This document shows positions 22,953-25,926 of a stretch of 25,926 nt of DNA, piece after piece (within the stretch, counting starts at the first letter, position 1; each line of letters starts with the position of its first letter). The notes below the pieces were generated by a model. The model was not told the DNA's origin. It saw nothing but the letters and a program-made list of their open reading frames with translations, and did no database searches. A program made the position numbers and the translations under genes. Source of the stretch: a virus (Duplodnaviria; Caudoviricetes); IMG/VR virus record IMGVR_UViG_3300017646_000010, positions 1 to 25,926 of that record, one strand, 5' to 3'.

Positions 22953-23189
22953 TCACGCTTTCCGGTGTTGGGCCTCCATCCGCTTGATCAACCGATCGAG
23001 GTACCAGCGGGCCTTTCGCAGATCTTCGACGCCGTTCTTGTGCCGGTGGCGAGCGACGTATTTGACGACGTTCCCGTCGTGAAAGCCGAGCCCCCAGTCT
23101 TCGATGGCGTCAATCACCTCGATCGCACCGGCGTTGTAATGAGCCGGATGATTGACCGCGTCCCCGATTGTCCTTTTCCGCTTCGCCAA
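22953..23189 (-). CDS. DUF3310 (SaV-like) phage protein (78 aa)
   Basis: VNHPAHY...IEVID...GNVVKY..R...KNGVEDLRKARWYL. TTG start with GGAGG. Confidence 0.9.
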   Translation of the reverse strand: MAKRKRTIGDAVNHPAHYNAGAIEVIDAIEDWGLGFHDGNVVKYVARHRHKNGVEDLRKARWYLDRLIKRMEAQHRKA

Positions 23190-23220
23190 GGCGCGCCTCC
23201 CGCAAAATGAACATCGATAT

Positions 23221-23754
23221 TCAGCTCAGGTCCGCATCGCCCCTTCGAAGTAGTCGCGCAGATGCAACCGACGGCCGTTGCTGTCGGCAACCGTTGCGTA
23301 GACTGCAGCACGGTCCGGTCACCTTTCGCAGACTCCACCAAGCGAGGCTGCCGGTCAGCTCGCCGTTGCAAAGTACACAGTTGACAGTTGCCGGCCATTC
23401 GGCGTCCTCGAGGAGCCGCAGTGCCTCGTCGCCACGATCGCCGCCGAGCCGATATCCTTCGCCCATCCAGACACGCCAGGTGGCAAGCGGGAGCACTGGC
23501 TTTCCCCGAATCCATCGCACGAGCTGCGACAACGCAGTTGAGGCGGTGCCGCCGCGGCCCCAGCTGCGATGCCAGACCGGATAGAAATCCTGGCCGCGCG
23601 TCATCCACCGACGCTCGAACAAGCCTCGCGAGTCTCGCCAGTTGACGGTCACGTAGCCTTGTTGAAAGGTGAGCCAGGTGTTCGCTGCAAAACACTTCAG
23701 CACGTCGCAGGAGATGCGCATCCGATTCGCTTGTTCGACGGGCGTCGGCTTCAT
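23221..23754 (-). CDS. Hypothetical Trp-rich phage protein (177 aa)
   Basis: Start re-assigned to ATG 23754 (ATGA overlap, GGAG RBS). Confidence 0.7.
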   Translation of the reverse strand: MKPTPVEQANRMRISCDVLKCFAANTWLTFQQGYVTVNWRDSRGLFERRWMTRGQDFYPVWHRSWGRGGTASTALSQLVRWIRGKPVLPLATWRVWMGEGYRLGGDRGDEALRLLEDAEWPATVNCVLCNGELTGSLAWWSLRKVTGPCCSLRNGCRQQRPSVASARLLRRGDADLS

Positions 23755-24047
23755 GGCTGCTCGGTCTCCGGATTGTCGGGGTTGTTGGTTCGGTAAACGT
23801 CGAGGTCGATGTACTCGCCAAAGCCCTCGACGAGGTCCTCGCCGGCGTCGATCAGCTCGGGATTGCAATCGACTGCCGGCCCGACGCCGATGTCGACTTG
23901 CGCACCGCACTCGTCGCAGTACAGATCCCCGCCCGCCGTCACGTAGGCCGGGCGCGTGAACTCGTCGCCGGTCGCGACGTCCATGCAGATGTCGCGGCCG
24001 CAGGCCGAGCACATCACCATTCGGCCGTTCACGCAGTACTTGCACAT
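23751..24047 (-). CDS. Cys-rich acidic protein (98 aa)
   Basis: ATG 24047 with GAGG RBS. CKYC, CSAC, CDEC. Confidence 0.7.
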   Translation of the reverse strand: MCKYCVNGRMVMCSACGRDICMDVATGDEFTRPAYVTAGGDLYCDECGAQVDIGVGPAVDCNPELIDAGEDLVEGFGEYIDLDVYRTNNPDNPETEQP

Positions 24048-24241
24048 GGACACCTCGCCTGCAGTTGTCGAATTTCCGATTCCCGCTTCGTCCGAACCGG
24101 GGCGCCGTGCCATGCCTGTCGTACGAACGGGAGCCAATCCCGAGCGCCGGCGCGCTGAAGGTACCGCCGCTTCATCGTCAGCCATTCACCGGAGACAGGA
24201 TGCTGCACCTGGATCCGCCAGGCGTCGATCGACTCGCTCAT
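24029..24241 (-). CDS. Hypothetical protein (70 aa)
   Basis: ATG 24241 in an ATGA overlap with GGA RBS. Confidence 0.55.
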   Translation of the reverse strand: MSESIDAWRIQVQHPVSGEWLTMKRRYLQRAGARDWLPFVRQAWHGAPVRTKRESEIRQLQARCPCASTA

Positions 24242-24378
24242 GAAGTAGTTTCCTGCGGTGTAACAGTGACGAGCGGACACCCAAACCGCTCCGACCAGGT
24301 CTTGGCGATTGCGCTAGCCATTTCCTCGCAGAACGGGGGAGGACCATTTCCAGGGAAATGTTTGGACTCATGGCTCAC
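24238..24378 (-). CDS. Hypothetical small protein (46 aa)
   Basis: GTG overlaps the ParB stop, and its own stop overlaps the next ATG. Confidence 0.4.
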   Translation of the reverse strand: MSHESKHFPGNGPPPFCEEMASAIAKTWSERFGCPLVTVTPQETTS

Positions 24379-25925
24379 CGTCCCTTCTTCCCGCCCTTCC
24401 CCTGGCCTTCCGGCAGCCGGAGGCACTTGGGGAGCTGCAGCAACTTTTGCGGGGACACGAACGCCGCGGCCATCGCCGCTCGATTCTTGCGGCCGAGGAG
24501 ATTGACGCCGAGCTCCTTCGCCAGGTCCTGCAACTGGTCGGCGCTGAAGATCGCGAAGAACTGCTCGAGCAGCGGGCTCGGCGCCGGCCGCTGGAGCGCG
24601 AGCCACTCTGCGTCGAGGTCGACGCCGTACCGTCCCGCCAGATCGATCACGACCTCGTACGGGATGAAGGGCGTCTTGCGGTCGCGGTCCGGCTGCAGCA
24701 GGATCGCCGAGCAAAAATCGCCGAGCGCCTCGTCCAGCGTTTTCTTGTTTGGGGCGCGGCCGGCCTCCGCGATCGCCCGCCAATGCCCCGCAGCCTCCTG
24801 GTAGTTCGCCTTTCCGCCGGCGGCGTAAATCTCCTCCATGAGCTGGCGTTCCCAGTCGCCGTAGTTGGCGACGGGATACTCGCGGACGCGAAGGATGCAC
24901 CACGCGAGCAGCCGCATGATGTCCTCGCGCGTCAGCTTCGGCGCGACGATGCTGGCCAGCCATGCGTGCCGCCAACTCTTGATCCGCAGCTCGAGCTGCT
25001 CGCGCTGCTGCCTGGCCCGCTTGGCCTTCTCCTCGGGCGATAGGTCCCGGCTGGAGGATTCAGCCGCGGACCGCTCGGTCTCTTTCTCCGCCCCCTTCTT
25101 CTCCGCGGCGGCCAGGGCCGCCTTCCAGAGCTGGTCGTAAAGGTCAATGTTCGTCGCGACCTCCACCTCCTCCCGCTTTTCGCTCCGTGCCAGCGAAGGG
25201 AGCGGGAGAGTGACAATCTGCAGGGCCTCGCGGTTGGCCTCCAGCGTCTTCTTGTCGATGGCCACCTTGCGCCAGCGGCCACGGATGAAACTTTCGGATC
25301 CTCGCAGGTCGCGCGTTTCGCGTACCACCGTGTCGTCGATCGCCTCTTCGAGGGCCTCCCGCGTCGCCCAATGCTCGCGCTCCCAGGGATCCTCGCTTGT
25401 GAAGGATTGGTCGAGTGCGTCCATCACCACCGGCACATGACAGACGGGCACGAGCAGGCGGGCGAACGATTCCGGCAGTTCGCCGGCCGCGACGCGCTGC
25501 TGCCAGACGTCCGGCAGCTTGAGCAGCCGGACGAGGTTGCTCGCGGCGGCGCCGGTCGACAGGCCGACGTCCTTCGCGGCCTGTTCGCGCGTGAAGCCGT
25601 GATCGTCGCAGAGCCGCTCGATCAGCTGCGCCTTCTCGATCGGATTTAGGTCCTTGCGCTGGGCATTGTGCAGGGCCACGCGGCGGGCGGCTTCCGCGTC
25701 GTCGCACTCGATCACCGTGCAGCGCAGCTGCGTCCAGCCGATCTTGGCGGCGGCGAGCAGTCGCGTTTCCCCGGAAATCATCTGATACCGCCCGGTCGGC
25801 AACTGCCGGATCTCGCAATCGTCGAGCTGGCCGTCCGCCAAAAGACTCTCGGCCCGCGCATGGACGTCGCTCTCGGCCGGATGGCGGTTGATGGGGTGGC
25901 GGTCGATCTGGGCGATCTCGATCTG
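24375..25925 (-). CDS. ParB/Spo0J-family protein with long C-terminal extension (5' end beyond the window)
   Basis: Frame is open to the edge (QIDRHPINR...). Motifs YQMISGETRLLAA, HNAQRKDLNPIEKA, HTH, NLVRLLKLP. Confidence 0.88.
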   Translation of the reverse strand, partial: QIEIAQIDRHPINRHPAESDVHARAESLLADGQLDDCEIRQLPTGRYQMISGETRLLAAAKIGWTQLRCTVIECDDAEAARRVALHNAQRKDLNPIEKAQLIERLCDDHGFTREQAAKDVGLSTGAAASNLVRLLKLPDVWQQRVAAGELPESFARLLVPVCHVPVVMDALDQSFTSEDPWEREHWATREALEEAIDDTVVRETRDLRGSESFIRGRWRKVAIDKKTLEANREALQIVTLPLPSLARSEKREEVEVATNIDLYDQLWKAALAAAEKKGAEKETERSAAESSSRDLSPEEKAKRARQQREQLELRIKSWRHAWLASIVAPKLTREDIMRLLAWCILRVREYPVANYGDWERQLMEEIYAAGGKANYQEAAGHWRAIAEAGRAPNKKTLDEALGDFCSAILLQPDRDRKTPFIPYEVVIDLAGRYGVDLDAEWLALQRPAPSPLLEQFFAIFSADQLQDLAKELGVNLLGRKNRAAMAAAFVSPQKLLQLPKCLRLPEGQGKGGKKGR

Positions 25926-25926
25926 C

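Larger units (their letters stand above)
1..25926 (-). mobile_element. Internal segment of a lambda-like tailed phage/prophage (early, lysis-like, packaging, head and start of tail modules)
   Basis: Co-oriented, tightly coupled (ATGA/GTGA overlaps) terminase S/L, gpW-like, portal, protease-capsid and tail-like genes. No att site or integrase in the window. Confidence 0.95.

Overview
GC-rich segment of a lambda-like (gpA-terminase) tailed phage or prophage, read almost entirely on the minus strand. The host is probably a planctomycete, an inference from protein motifs. In transcription order (right to left) it carries: ParB-like and small early genes, DUF3310, csrA, a DNA methyltransferase, an HTH regulator, a non-canonical membrane/lysis cluster, a candidate cos region, small and large terminase, an accessory insert, gpW-like, portal, a fused S49 protease-scaffold-major capsid gene, and head-completion and tail genes. 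The standout is the insert between terminase and portal (about 10.8-13.3 kb). It holds a sigma70-like promoter, a 423-aa Cas12f/TnpB-family protein that looks nuclease-dead (RuvC-I Asp replaced by Arg, C-terminal Zn finger and RuvC-III missing, an extra N-terminal C4 Zn ribbon), a highly structured ~170-nt region, and a CRISPR array of 9 identical 36-bp fully hairpin repeats with 8 unique spacers. An HTH gene follows. Effector and array are bracketed by two copies of a ~48-bp hairpin element, and no other cas genes are in the window. This looks like a phage-borne, multiplexed RNA-guided DNA-binding (repressor-like) system. An Acb2/Tad1-like anti-defence gene sits among the head genes. All homology calls are by eye from remembered family motifs, not database searches.
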